DNA of 32,000 bases from Nostoc punctiforme PCC 73102 (GCF_000020025.1 NC_010628.1:5130001-5162000), one strand, 5' to 3'; shown: positions 8,589 through 18,181, counted from the stretch's first letter. Translations and numbers: made by a program. Notes: generated by a model not told the origin, from the sequence alone.

Positions 8589-10319
8589 TTAAAATCCCAG
8601 GTCAGCTTTGGCGAGTTCAGCAGCAGCGAATACTTCCGCGTCAGGTTTTTCTTCCCAGGCTGGCTCACCAATTTCTTCGTAAAAAGTTGCGTCGTAAGGA
8701 CGGGTACGTACTACTACGGGCATGGGAACGGCATGACCTAAAATTAAAGCTTGTTGCTTAGAGTCTAACTTTGCCAATACCGATCGCAGTCCGCTACCAC
8801 CAGATACACCCGTAAAAATCGCGTCAATGTCTTTTTCGTCATTAAGTAAAGCGGTAATGCGAGTTCCAATCTGGGACATAACTTCATTATCTATGCCTGA
8901 TGGACGTTGATCAACTACCAAAAGTGTGACAAAATACTTCCGCAACTCACGGGCAATAGTCCCAAAGATAGTGCTTTGTACGATAGCCGGGTCAAGAAAA
9001 CGGTGTGCCTCTTCAATGGTAATCATCAACGGCGTGGGGCGATCGCAAGGGTTTTTGCTTTGCAGGAATTTATCTGCTTTTTTGACGTAATGCTCGTGGA
9101 TACGTCGGGTGATCATGTTCGTCACCAACATATAAGAGAGCATATTAGACTGGGAACCAAATTCTATCACAACATTCTTCCCAGATTCCAGACATTGCAC
9201 AATTTTACTAATGTAATTCTGGGGGCAGACTGCTCGCATATACTTCAAGCTGTCCATCCGCAAGAGTTTGCGCTGCAATGCCATAATCGAGCCTTTGTGT
9301 CCGCGCTTCTCGTCGCAGAACATCTCGATTTCTTCATTAGTCATGTTCAGCAGTTGGACAATCCAAGACTTGCCAAACTCACTATATAGAATATTGGCAT
9401 TATCTAGGGCTGCGTCAGAGAGTCCTAAATCTCGGCTACATAACTTAATATCTTCAACTTCTATTTGCTCGTAACTCAAATACAGTTCTTGAGCATCACG
9501 CACACCCCGACGCTTTGTCGATTCGGGATCGAGTGTATAAACTTCTACCTTACTTGGAAAAAGTTGCTTTAATCCCTTAACTGTATTGACGTTCTTTCCT
9601 TCTGCGACGGCTTCCCAGCCATACTCAGAGTGCATATCAAAAATCAAATTTACTGCTGCACTTTTACGGATAACGCCTGCTAAAAGTAGTCGCGTCAGAA
9701 AGGATTTACCAGTACCAGATTTCCCAAAAACCCCATTACTCCGTTCCACGAAGCGGTTTAAATCGATACAAACAGGCACATCCATATCCAAAGGTTTCCC
9801 AATGGAAAAATTTCGCCTTTGGGGGTCATCTTCCCAACCAAACACGCGGCGAAAATCGTCAACACTGGCTTCGTAAACTTGACTAAAGTGGCTAGGAATA
9901 GTTTTAACAGGCAACAATTCCATCGTCGTGCTGGTTTGTGGCACAAAGGAAGCCAAACCCGTTACTGATGGGATGAAGGGATTTGCCGATTTGCCGTTTG
10001 TTGGGGAGAAAGATTCTTCCACTTCGGGAGTGAACATCAACATCGGCGCGAGGTTGATAGTACCATAAGTACCACTTCCAGCTAAAACATCTCGTAAAAA
10101 AGTGTCTTCCCAACTGGGGGGATTAGCAATAATTCGTGCATTAGCAGCTCCCAATGCTACATCTGTAAGCATACAAAAAAAGCGCGATCGCATCCCTTGC
10201 ACAACAAGAAACTTACCAACCCGCATATCTTCCACAGAAATGTCAGGATGCAATCGTACTTCTAAACCTTCAGTTAGAGAACCTTGAATAACCGAACCTA
10301 ATGGCTGTCCCGAATTCAT
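8589..10319 (-). CDS. HerA/FtsK-superfamily (DUF87-type) ATPase
   Basis: 576 aa. The N-terminal part is barrel-like (GSVIQGSLTEGLEVRL..VGKFLVVQG). Walker A is GVFGKSGTGKSFLT, Walker B is PLMITIEEAHRFL, and a TLLVVDQRPSGID motif typical of HerA-like hexameric ATPases is present. All antisense track ORFs between 8907 and 10287 are shadows of this gene. Confidence 0.8.
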   Translation of the reverse strand: MNSGQPLGSVIQGSLTEGLEVRLHPDISVEDMRVGKFLVVQGMRSRFFCMLTDVALGAANARIIANPPSWEDTFLRDVLAGSGTYGTINLAPMLMFTPEVEESFSPTNGKSANPFIPSVTGLASFVPQTSTTMELLPVKTIPSHFSQVYEASVDDFRRVFGWEDDPQRRNFSIGKPLDMDVPVCIDLNRFVERSNGVFGKSGTGKSFLTRLLLAGVIRKSAAVNLIFDMHSEYGWEAVAEGKNVNTVKGLKQLFPSKVEVYTLDPESTKRRGVRDAQELYLSYEQIEVEDIKLCSRDLGLSDAALDNANILYSEFGKSWIVQLLNMTNEEIEMFCDEKRGHKGSIMALQRKLLRMDSLKYMRAVCPQNYISKIVQCLESGKNVVIEFGSQSNMLSYMLVTNMITRRIHEHYVKKADKFLQSKNPCDRPTPLMITIEEAHRFLDPAIVQSTIFGTIARELRKYFVTLLVVDQRPSGIDNEVMSQIGTRITALLNDEKDIDAIFTGVSGGSGLRSVLAKLDSKQQALILGHAVPMPVVVRTRPYDATFYEEIGEPAWEEKPDAEVFAAAELAKADLGF

Positions 10320-10366
10320 CTAGTTAATTACATGATTGTTGATGCGATATCTTAATAGTCATTCAA

Positions 10367-10414
10367 TTTTAGATTTTAGATTTTAGATTTTTCCTTCAAT
10401 CCAAAATCCAAAAT
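10367..10414. repeat. Heptamer tandem repeats
   Basis: TTTTAGA x3 at 10367-10387 and CCAAAAT x2 at 10401-10414, in the HerA-like/GST intergenic region. Confidence 0.8.
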
Positions 10415-10422
10415 CGGCAGAG

Positions 10423-10442
10423 AGACGCGATTAATCGCGTCT
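10423..10442. repeat. Perfect 20-nt palindrome agacgcgattaatcgcgtct
   Basis: The sequence is its own reverse complement. It lies 54 nt downstream of the GST-like gene's stop codon (minus strand) and may act as a terminator or processing hairpin. It shares the GAGACG/CGTCTC arms with the hairpins at 4101 and 6996. Confidence 0.6.
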
Positions 10443-10495
10443 GTACAAGAGTTATGGAGTGTGAGGGAATAACTCAATGTCCCATGCCCAATGCC

Positions 10496-11290
10496 CTAAT
10501 CAATCTGAATCGAAGTTGGCGCACCCCCTGCGGCTGAGGTGGTACTGATTAATGGTTTACGGAATTGAGCGTAAATGCGATCGCGCCAGGTAAAGAATGG
10601 TTCATAATCTATATTCTCTGAAAAGATTGGCAATCCTTTTCCTCTAATAGAAGCTGGTAAATCCAGATAGGGTCCAGGAGGGAACTTGAGTAATATCGAT
10701 AAGCCAGCCACTGACAAGTCAGCTAAAGTCGGCTCATCTCCAGTTAAATAAGGACTATCTGCCAATAATAACGTTAGAGCTTCCAAGTCTTGTTTTAAAG
10801 ATGCGATCGCTGACTGGATCACATCTGGACTATAACCTACCCCAAAACCCAACACTGTCAGTAAGTCAGTAGGTACTCCTCCAACCAGACTTTTAAATAT
10901 ATCTGGTGTTGAGGTGGGTAATAAAGACTTGCGGAAATTTTGATCTTGACTTACAGCTGCAAATAGCGCTTTCCTACCTTTGATACCTATAGATTCATCC
11001 GCCCATTCTTCTATCAATAAAGTTAAACCCCGTTTTTTGGGATCTTGGGGTATTATGGGGCGATCGGGATACTCTAAGTCTAAATACTTAGCTATTTCCG
11101 TAGAATCCGCAATATATTTATTACGATCCTTTAATACTGGGACTTGTTTCTGACCAGTCAGCCGGAACAGTTCTACTTGTCCAATCCCAGGCGTAACTTC
11201 TATTTTGCGGTAATCTAGTCCTTTAAAATCTAGAATTAGGCGCACTTTTTCTGAGTATTGAGATAGTTCCCATTGGTATAATTCCAGCAT
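10496..11290 (-). CDS. Glutathione S-transferase family protein
   Basis: 264 aa with an N-terminal thioredoxin-like GST fold signature (LELYQWELSQYSEKVRLILDFKGLDY...QVPVLKD) and a helical C-terminal domain. Confidence 0.75.
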   Translation of the reverse strand: MLELYQWELSQYSEKVRLILDFKGLDYRKIEVTPGIGQVELFRLTGQKQVPVLKDRNKYIADSTEIAKYLDLEYPDRPIIPQDPKKRGLTLLIEEWADESIGIKGRKALFAAVSQDQNFRKSLLPTSTPDIFKSLVGGVPTDLLTVLGFGVGYSPDVIQSAIASLKQDLEALTLLLADSPYLTGDEPTLADLSVAGLSILLKFPPGPYLDLPASIRGKGLPIFSENIDYEPFFTWRDRIYAQFRKPLISTTSAAGGAPTSIQID

Positions 11291-12013
11291 ATCGTATACT
11301 TAATAACTGGTCAACTTCTTAAACTTTACAATTGTATCTTTAGTTAAAGTAATTTTTCTTTACATTTAGTTGCTTTTGTTGCTTTTTGTCCGATCTAACT
11401 GGAATTATGATTGAACTCATGTCTAGTTTTTGGCAAAATCATCAATTTCAAAATTATTATTTTCCGATTCAAATATAAAATAATTAAATAATTTATTTCG
11501 GGATACATAAATAAACTTAACCGCTCAGTTGCAAATATTCAGCAGTTGATTTAATTTCCCTCACTGTTAAACTAAATTATCTGTGGTTTGGCTGAATAAT
11601 TAATGCTTAATTCAGATATATAGCCTTGCCCTATATGGGATTCAGTATTTTTTAAACTTGTAAAGTTACGTACAAATTTATATATAGATTGGCTTTTTAG
11701 TACAGTTTTTTTCACAGTTTATTGTGACCGAAACCTTGGATATGTAAAACTTTCACACTCTTTTAGAGTTGAGGCTACACCAAGTGAGGTTTTTTAACTC
11801 TTTATCAGCGTGACAGAGAAAATATACTCATTACATAAAATATGTGATAGATATATTTCATACCGATCAGCTTGATCCGAGGTTATATATTTTACTTTGC
11901 TAGCAAAAAGTCTTCTGAGGAAAAATTTTACTTCCCTCTTTGGTTAGATTTTGTGCATAGCAAAATGTTATAAATCTTTATGTAATGTATGGACAAAAAG
12001 ACAAACAAAATTT

Positions 12014-12844
12014 ATGAAGACAAATAACAGCAAATTTCTGACCACGTTGGCAGGCATAGCAGGATTCACTAGTTTAAGCCTTCTCATTACTTTACCATCT
12101 GAAGCCAAAGAGGTATTAAATCCTAACCCCAGTATTTTCAACGAAGCCCCCTATAACAAGGGTCAACGCCTTCAAGTAAACGCTCAATACACACCTACTG
12201 AGGCTGCTTCCGAAACACAAAAGGGCAATACCAAGCGCAAACAAGTAGCGCAGAAAGGTAGTGTAACAAATCCCAGACCCAGTATTTTCAACGAGCCTCC
12301 TTATAACCGTGGTGGTAGCGCTACACCTATTGAACCAAAACCCGCCACACCAGGTACTACCCCGGGAACTCAACCCGGAGAGAAACCTACTACAACTCCA
12401 CCAGGCCCAGGGGCAAGTGACAATCAAGGCAAAAACCTATTAGCGTTGGCAGAGTCAAACGCTTCTTTTACAACCTTAACCAAGGCTTTGAAAGCAGCAG
12501 GGTTGACTGGAGCTTTGCAAGGCAAAGATAACTTAACTATTTTTGCACCCACTGATGCCGCTTTTGCTAAGTTGCCAGCAGATGCTTTGCAAGAATTGTT
12601 AAACCCAGCTAACAAGGAAGTATTGCTCAAGATTTTAACTTACCATGTAGTACCTGGTAAGGTGTTGTCCACTGATTTAAAATCTGGTGAAGTTAAAAGC
12701 CTTGAAGGTGGCGCAATCAACGTTAAGGTTGATCCTTCCACTGGTGTAACTGTCAATGATGCTAAGGTTACACAACCAGATATCACAGCCAGTAACGGTG
12801 TGATCCACGCAATCGATCAGGTAATTTTGCCTCCTGACTTGTAG
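12014..12844 (+). CDS. Secreted fasciclin (FAS1) domain protein
   Basis: I prefer the in-frame ATG at 12014 (MKTNNSKFLTTLAGIAGFTSLSLLITLPSEA, a signal peptide) over the TTG at 11951 used by the track. After the signal peptide come two copies of an NPxPSIFNExPYNxG motif, a P/T-rich linker, and a C-terminal FAS1 domain (TIFAPTDAAF, LTYHVVPG, NGVIHAIDQVILP). Confidence 0.85.
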   Translation: MKTNNSKFLTTLAGIAGFTSLSLLITLPSEAKEVLNPNPSIFNEAPYNKGQRLQVNAQYTPTEAASETQKGNTKRKQVAQKGSVTNPRPSIFNEPPYNRGGSATPIEPKPATPGTTPGTQPGEKPTTTPPGPGASDNQGKNLLALAESNASFTTLTKALKAAGLTGALQGKDNLTIFAPTDAAFAKLPADALQELLNPANKEVLLKILTYHVVPGKVLSTDLKSGEVKSLEGGAINVKVDPSTGVTVNDAKVTQPDITASNGVIHAIDQVILPPDL

Positions 12845-12909
12845 CTTGTAGGTATTAGTACAATCAGTAACAGAATTAGGTAAGAATAAAGTATTAATAC
12901 ATAAACATT

Positions 12910-12939
12910 CCGTTCAATGTTAATTTTGGACGGTTTTTT
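12910..12939 (+). terminator. Rho-independent terminator of the fasciclin gene
   Basis: Stem ccgttcaa / ttggacgg (7 of 8 bp) at 12910-12933, followed by tttttt at 12934-12939. Confidence 0.6.
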
Positions 12940-12976
12940 GTATTGTAATAACGGTGAGCTAAATTGGCAACTCCAC

Positions 12977-13882
12977 CTAATGGTTTTGCTTTTGGTTTGC
13001 AATCAGCTTTTGGTCTTGATCTTGCATTTCTAAAAGTTCAGGGATAGTAACAAAGCTATAGCCCTGTTTCCGAAAGTTGGCAATAATTTCTGGTAAAGCT
13101 TGTACAGTTTTAGAGCGATTACCACCACCATCATGCATCAACACAATGCCACCTGGCTTGGCTCTTCTGAACACATTATTAATTAACTTTGGTACAGCAG
13201 GACGTGAGTAATCTACAGAGTCAGATGACCAAAGGATAATGGCATATTTGCTATTTTTAGCGTAATCAGCCACTCCATTGTGCATGATTCCCCCTGGTGG
13301 TCGAAATAGATTCGTTTTAATCCCTGTCACTTGATAAATCTGGTCTGCTGTGTGGTCAATTTCATAAGCGGCTGCTTGTGGATTCAAAAATTGATACCAA
13401 TGGTGCCAAGTATGATTACCAATTACGTGACCTTCAGCAATTTCTCGCTTCAGTAAGCCTGGATAATTTTTTACATTCTGCCCAATGACAAAAAATGTCC
13501 CTTTGATTTGATTTTGTTTGAGAATATCTAGTACCTGGGCGGTACTTTCAGGCCATGGCCCATCATCAAAGGTGAGAGCAATTACTTTCTGTTGGGGAGT
13601 AAGTTTTGCCGCACCAACTATTGCTCCTTGAAAGCTTGGTGGCACACCATAGGAAAGGCCCTTTATTTGTGCTTGTTGCTGCCAAATTTTAAGCATCGTT
13701 GCTTTTAATTCTTCAATCTGCTGTTGGGCCCCAACTTTGGCTGGTAGATTGTTTACATTTATATTTTCTGTACTTTGGGCCTCAGATGATCTTGACTTGA
13801 TAAACATCATCGTGGTGGTACTCAAGACAAGCAACGCTATTAATATTTTTTGTACACCAAAAAATGACTTATTGTCCTCCAC
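12977..13882 (-). CDS. Polysaccharide deacetylase (NodB/CE4) family protein
   Basis: 301 aa with a GTG start and an N-terminal hydrophobic anchor. CE4 motifs LTFDDGPW and NHTWHHW are present. Confidence 0.85.
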   Translation of the reverse strand: MEDNKSFFGVQKILIALLVLSTTTMMFIKSRSSEAQSTENINVNNLPAKVGAQQQIEELKATMLKIWQQQAQIKGLSYGVPPSFQGAIVGAAKLTPQQKVIALTFDDGPWPESTAQVLDILKQNQIKGTFFVIGQNVKNYPGLLKREIAEGHVIGNHTWHHWYQFLNPQAAAYEIDHTADQIYQVTGIKTNLFRPPGGIMHNGVADYAKNSKYAIILWSSDSVDYSRPAVPKLINNVFRRAKPGGIVLMHDGGGNRSKTVQALPEIIANFRKQGYSFVTIPELLEMQDQDQKLIANQKQNH

Positions 13883-14529
13883 TTCATAGCTCCTTCAAGG
13901 GTAGAACCATTTTTTTCACAATATTTCTGGTAGTTTTTACACTCTTATAAGCATTGTCATGCAAACTACAGCATGATTATTAATATCTTTTAAAGTTAGC
14001 TCTAACCCTGACTCCGAAAAAATGCCTTACTCTACGGATATCTAAATATCTATAAACAAAACCCTCACCAGCCAGGTGAGAGCCTTCTTGTGCCTTAGTT
14101 TTCGTAGACTACGAGATATGGGGGGAATTTAGATAACTATAAAAGGCAATTAATTTTACCTTGTTAACATGAATATACTTAATATAATTTAAATATTGCA
14201 TATCGCATTGACGAAGCCATTGCGAAATTATGACAAAGGTGTGACCTTATTTGAGTGATAACGTTACAGTACAGACACGTTAACAAATTTCTTTGATCCC
14301 CTACTACACAAGATGGATCAACAGCATTGGCTTGCTGAAGGTTCTGCAAATAAGGCTTTAGATTCAGCACTGTTGAATGCTGAGTGAGTAAGAGAGCAAA
14401 ACGCGGGTATCAAAGTAAGGATTCATTTTTGTGGGGTGGGCAAGATTATCTACCCCGCAAAATGGTAGACAATATCCCCACCCACAAGAGGTAACTGGAT
14501 ACTTTTTTATTTGGGAATCCCTTAACAAC

Positions 14530-15828
14530 TTACAGACTAGACATTACATCCCGTGCTATTGCTAAAGTTTGATCAATGTCTTCTTCAGTGTGAGCAAAAG
14601 ACGTAAACCCAGCTTCAAATTGAGAAGGTGCTAGGTAAACACCACGTTCTAACATACCCCGATGGAAGCGTCCGAATTTGGCTGTATCAGACTTTTTCGC
14701 ATCTTCGTAGTTATGAACTGGGCCAGAGGTAAAGAATAAACCAAACATCGCGCTGATTTGACCGCCGCAAGCTGTATGACCAGTTTCTTTAGCAATTTGC
14801 AGCAAACCATCTGCTAGCTTTTTAGTGATCCGCTCAAGATAATCGTAAGTACCTGGTTTTTGCAGCAATTCTAAAGTCTTAATACCAGCAGTCATCGCCA
14901 AGGGATTACCAGAAAGAGTTCCAGCTTGATATACGGGGCCAGCAGGGGCAACCATTGACATAATATCTCGGCGACCGCCATAAGCTCCTACTGGCAAACC
15001 ACCACCAATAACTTTGCCCAAGGTTGTTAAATCGGGGGTAACGCCAAATTTTTCTTGAGCGCCACCGTAAGCAATGCGGAAGCCTGTCATCACTTCGTCA
15101 AATACCAATAAGGCTCCATACTCGTGAGTGAGTTCCCGTAATCCTTCTAAGAAACCTGCGTCGGGTGCAATAAATCCAGCATTACCAACAACTGGTTCAA
15201 GAATAACGCCAGCAATCTCGTCGCGGTTTTCTTCAAACAAGGCTTTGACAGATTCTAGGTCATTGTAAGGTGCGGTTAGAGTAGTGCTAGTTGCCGCTTT
15301 CGGAACTCCTGGTGAGTCTGGTAAGCCAAGTGTGGCAACACCAGAACCTGCCTTCACGAGAAAGGTATCGGCGTGTCCGTGGTAACAGCCTTCAAACTTG
15401 ATGATTTTGTCTCGGTTGGTGAAAGCCCGCATCAGCCGCAAAACTCCCATACAGGCTTCAGTTCCAGAGTTAACAAATCTGACCATTTCGATGCTGGGAA
15501 CGGCATCAATGACCATTTCTGCCAAAACATTTTCTAGGGTTGAAGGAGCGCCGAAACTGGTGCCTTTTTCTAAAGCTTCATGCAACGCTGCAATGACTTC
15601 TGGATGAGCATGACCGCAAATAGCTGGGCCCCAAGTACCTACATAGTCTATATATTGGTTGCCATCTACATCCCAAATATATGCGCCTTTAACACGATCA
15701 AAAACGATGGGTTGTCCACCTACAGATTTAAAGGCACGAACTGGAGAACTGACTCCTCCGGGCATGAGGTTTTGAGCAGCGGCGAAGACCTCTTGTGATT
15801 TTGTTGTTTTAATTGTGGTATTTACCAA
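14530..15828 (-). CDS. hemL: Glutamate-1-semialdehyde 2,1-aminomutase
   Basis: 432 aa. It matches the GSA-aminomutase layout from end to end (VSSPVRAF, class-III aminotransferase core, PLP-lysine context [11 protein letters not shown]). Confidence 0.95.
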   Translation of the reverse strand: MVNTTIKTTKSQEVFAAAQNLMPGGVSSPVRAFKSVGGQPIVFDRVKGAYIWDVDGNQYIDYVGTWGPAICGHAHPEVIAALHEALEKGTSFGAPSTLENVLAEMVIDAVPSIEMVRFVNSGTEACMGVLRLMRAFTNRDKIIKFEGCYHGHADTFLVKAGSGVATLGLPDSPGVPKAATSTTLTAPYNDLESVKALFEENRDEIAGVILEPVVGNAGFIAPDAGFLEGLRELTHEYGALLVFDEVMTGFRIAYGGAQEKFGVTPDLTTLGKVIGGGLPVGAYGGRRDIMSMVAPAGPVYQAGTLSGNPLAMTAGIKTLELLQKPGTYDYLERITKKLADGLLQIAKETGHTACGGQISAMFGLFFTSGPVHNYEDAKKSDTAKFGRFHRGMLERGVYLAPSQFEAGFTSFAHTEEDIDQTLAIARDVMSSL

Positions 15829-15934
15829 GGTTCTCTCCTAACAGTGGACAATAAAAAGCTCTATCTCAGGATAGGGTTAAAAATTGCTTAGAATTTCTAT
15901 CCTATAGAATTAACTGAACCAAAAAAATAACAAT

Positions 15935-16123
15935 ATGTTATACAAGTCCAACAAAGACTTGCCTCTAGATATTCAAACTCGATTATCTGAAGCATACCAG
16001 GATCTTTACCGAGCAGCTTTTAACTCGGCCATCCATTGGTATGGTGAGGCATCAAAAGCTCATAAAGTTGCTTTAAGTGCTGTAAAAATGCAGTCTGCAA
16101 TGGAACACAATGCTCTTGTTTAG
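15935..16123 (+). CDS. ChaB family protein
   Basis: 62 aa. LPLDIQTRLSEAYQDLYRAAFNSA...AHKVALSAVK resembles the ChaB signature (LP..V...LP..AQ.I...AFNSA....AHKVAW.AVK). Confidence 0.65.
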   Translation: MLYKSNKDLPLDIQTRLSEAYQDLYRAAFNSAIHWYGEASKAHKVALSAVKMQSAMEHNALV

Positions 16124-16223
16124 AGCTAGATAAGATAGTTAAATTCAAAAAAACATACCAGTTGCTCTATTCAGAATGGTATCGTAAATCATAAGTTATT
16201 CTCATTAGAGCAAACTAGCTGGT

Positions 16224-16874
16224 ATGTCTTCTAACGATTTGCGATCGCTACATTACGCCATCCCTGTTGAAAAAATTCGCTACGATGAACGGGGTTTAGT
16301 GCCTGCAATTGTCCAAGATTATTTGGATGGTACTGTCCTAATGATGGCGTGGATGAATCAGGAGTCGTTACAAAAAACTTTAGAAACTGAAGAAACTTGG
16401 TTTTGGAGCCGTTCCCGGCAAGAATTATGGCACAAGGGTGCGACTTCTGGACATATTCAAAAAGTGCAAAGTATTCGTTATGACTGTGATAGTGATGCCT
16501 TGCTCATAGGTGTAGAGCAATTAGGAGACATTGCTTGCCATACTGGAGAACGCAGTTGCTTTCACCAAATAGAAGGGAATATTGTTTCACCACCAGGGGA
16601 TGCGTTGTCGCAATTATTTCAAATAATATGCGATCGCCGCGACAATCCTACTGAAAGTTCTTATACCTGTAAGTTATTCGCAGGTGGCGATAACAAAATT
16701 TTGAAAAAGATCGGTGAGGAAACCGCCGAGGTGGTAATGGCTTTTAAGGATGATGAAGCAGATGCGATCGCAGGTGAAGTGGCTGATTTGCTATATCATA
16801 CCTTGGTTGCCTTAGCTCATCATCAAGTTGATTTGAAATCTGTGTATCGTAAGTTGCAAGAACGTCGTCAATAG
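16224..16874 (+). CDS. hisIE: Bifunctional phosphoribosyl-AMP cyclohydrolase / phosphoribosyl-ATP pyrophosphatase
   Basis: 216 aa. The HisI part is GLVPAIVQD...[17 protein letters not shown]...DCDSD. The HisE part is [13 protein letters not shown]...[11 protein letters not shown]. Confidence 0.92.
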   Translation: MSSNDLRSLHYAIPVEKIRYDERGLVPAIVQDYLDGTVLMMAWMNQESLQKTLETEETWFWSRSRQELWHKGATSGHIQKVQSIRYDCDSDALLIGVEQLGDIACHTGERSCFHQIEGNIVSPPGDALSQLFQIICDRRDNPTESSYTCKLFAGGDNKILKKIGEETAEVVMAFKDDEADAIAGEVADLLYHTLVALAHHQVDLKSVYRKLQERRQ

Positions 16875-16882
16875 AGTCGGTT

Positions 16883-18181
16883 CTACTCAGGCAAAATCCG
16901 ATTGAGATACTGTAAAATCACCACCACAATCAGCACACTCAAGGGGAATCCTAGCCAGAAAGTATTGGTAATAATTGGCGGTTGATCTAATGCCCATCCA
17001 CCCAAAGGATGACCAATAAAAGACCCAATAGCCCAGCACACGGCATTGACGGAGAAATAAACGCCACGTTGATTTTCCGGGGCTAACTCAGTCACTAAAG
17101 AGGCGGCAGATGGAGTATAAGAAACAATTGCAACTGCAAATACTCCCAATGCCAATGCTACCCAAGCTAAATTATAAGATGGGGCAGTACCGCTTACCCA
17201 AATGAGTCCAAAACCAACTCCCCAAAGAATGGCGGAAACAGTGAGTGCCAGTGTGTGAGAACAACGCTTCAAGAAACTGGTGACAGGCAACTGAAAAATG
17301 ATAGCTAGCACCAGATGCCAAGCAAATAGAACGCTAATAGTAGTTTGAGCAAATCCTTCGGTAGTACTTTTGACAACAAAGTTTTTCAAGTAAAGTGGAA
17401 GGGTGCTATGGATTTGAGAAATATAGATTGTAAAGAATATATTAACTGCGATGTAGACCAGGAAACGGCGATGTCTGGCGACAAGCTGCTTCGCATCTAC
17501 GCTTAATACTGCCATCCAAGAAGCAAAATGTGCCGTCTTTTCAGATTCCCCCATTTGCTGTTGTTCGGTTTTACTAATTCCCACATAGACAACCCCAAAA
17601 AACATCAGAAAAGAGATGGCATCAATGACAAATAGCCATCGATAACTCCCAATTACCGCTATTAAAAACCCAGCAAGCGCAATTCCGATCGCTAACCCAA
17701 GATTATCAGCCAGTCGTGCGATCGCAAAAGTTTCGCGGCGATTGTCAATCTGGCTAGCGTCAGCAACAACAGCTTCAGCCGCCGGCCAATAGAAACCTAT
17801 ACCTAAACCGCTAATCAAGCTACCAATTACCAAAATAGTAAAATCATTGGTTGCAGCTAAAACCAAAGAAGCAATTGCTGAAATCGCCGTCGCTAGCAAC
17901 AAAGTGCGGCGACGGCCCCAGTGTTCAGAATCAGCCAAAGAACCACCTACAATCCTCCCTACAATGCCGGAAATCGAGGCGCTACCCAAGGCTACCCCAA
18001 CACTGGTTGCAGATAAACCAACTTCATTCACAAAAAAGATGGGGGCGTAAAACAGGGTACAGCCAGTTCCAACTTCCGAGAGAAATCTACCTATTGCAAA
18101 AATCCAGACTTGAGGATGTATTGAGGGCAGCCACGATGATAGCTGAGATTGAGAAGCTAATTTCATGAGTTTAGATGTCAT
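16883..18181 (-). CDS. MFS transporter
   Basis: 432 aa with about 12 hydrophobic segments and an MFS-type loop motif GRIVGGSLADSEHWGRRR between TM2 and TM3. It converges on hisIE with an 8-bp gap. Confidence 0.85.
   Translation of the reverse strand: MTSKLMKLASQSQLSSWLPSIHPQVWIFAIGRFLSEVGTGCTLFYAPIFFVNEVGLSATSVGVALGSASISGIVGRIVGGSLADSEHWGRRRTLLLATAISAIASLVLAATNDFTILVIGSLISGLGIGFYWPAAEAVVADASQIDNRRETFAIARLADNLGLAIGIALAGFLIAVIGSYRWLFVIDAISFLMFFGVVYVGISKTEQQQMGESEKTAHFASWMAVLSVDAKQLVARHRRFLVYIAVNIFFTIYISQIHSTLPLYLKNFVVKSTTEGFAQTTISVLFAWHLVLAIIFQLPVTSFLKRCSHTLALTVSAILWGVGFGLIWVSGTAPSYNLAWVALALGVFAVAIVSYTPSAASLVTELAPENQRGVYFSVNAVCWAIGSFIGHPLGGWALDQPPIITNTFWLGFPLSVLIVVVILQYLNRILPE

Noticed and set aside
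8907-10287. Several ORFs (61-160 aa, both strands) overlapping the HerA-like gene
   Set aside because: All are out-of-frame or antisense to the 576-aa ORF that carries intact Walker motifs. None has its own motif or RBS.
10367-10414. Tandem short repeats considered as a possible CRISPR array
   Set aside because: The units are 7 nt with no spacers. They are STRR-like microsatellites rather than CRISPR repeats, and no cas genes are in the window.
11951-12013. The TTG-initiated N-terminal extension of the fasciclin ORF. The same issue applies to the response regulator (TTG at 20238) and the NYN gene (TTG at 25783).
   Set aside because: In each case an in-frame ATG further in gives a sensible N-terminus: a signal peptide, the start of the receiver domain, or the zinc ribbon. 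The extensions are Cys- or Phe-rich and implausible.
14179-14370. 63-aa minus-strand ORF between hemL and the deacetylase gene
   Set aside because: It has a GTG start without an RBS, odd composition and no motif. It is probably non-coding, although it remains unresolved without conservation data.
14429-14487. G-rich inverted repeat ttgtggggtggg ... ccccacccacaa downstream of hemL, considered as its terminator
   Set aside because: The arms pair only with a one-nucleotide register shift. On the hemL (minus) strand the structure is followed by an A-run rather than a U-run. It may be a repeat element, but I cannot support a terminator call.
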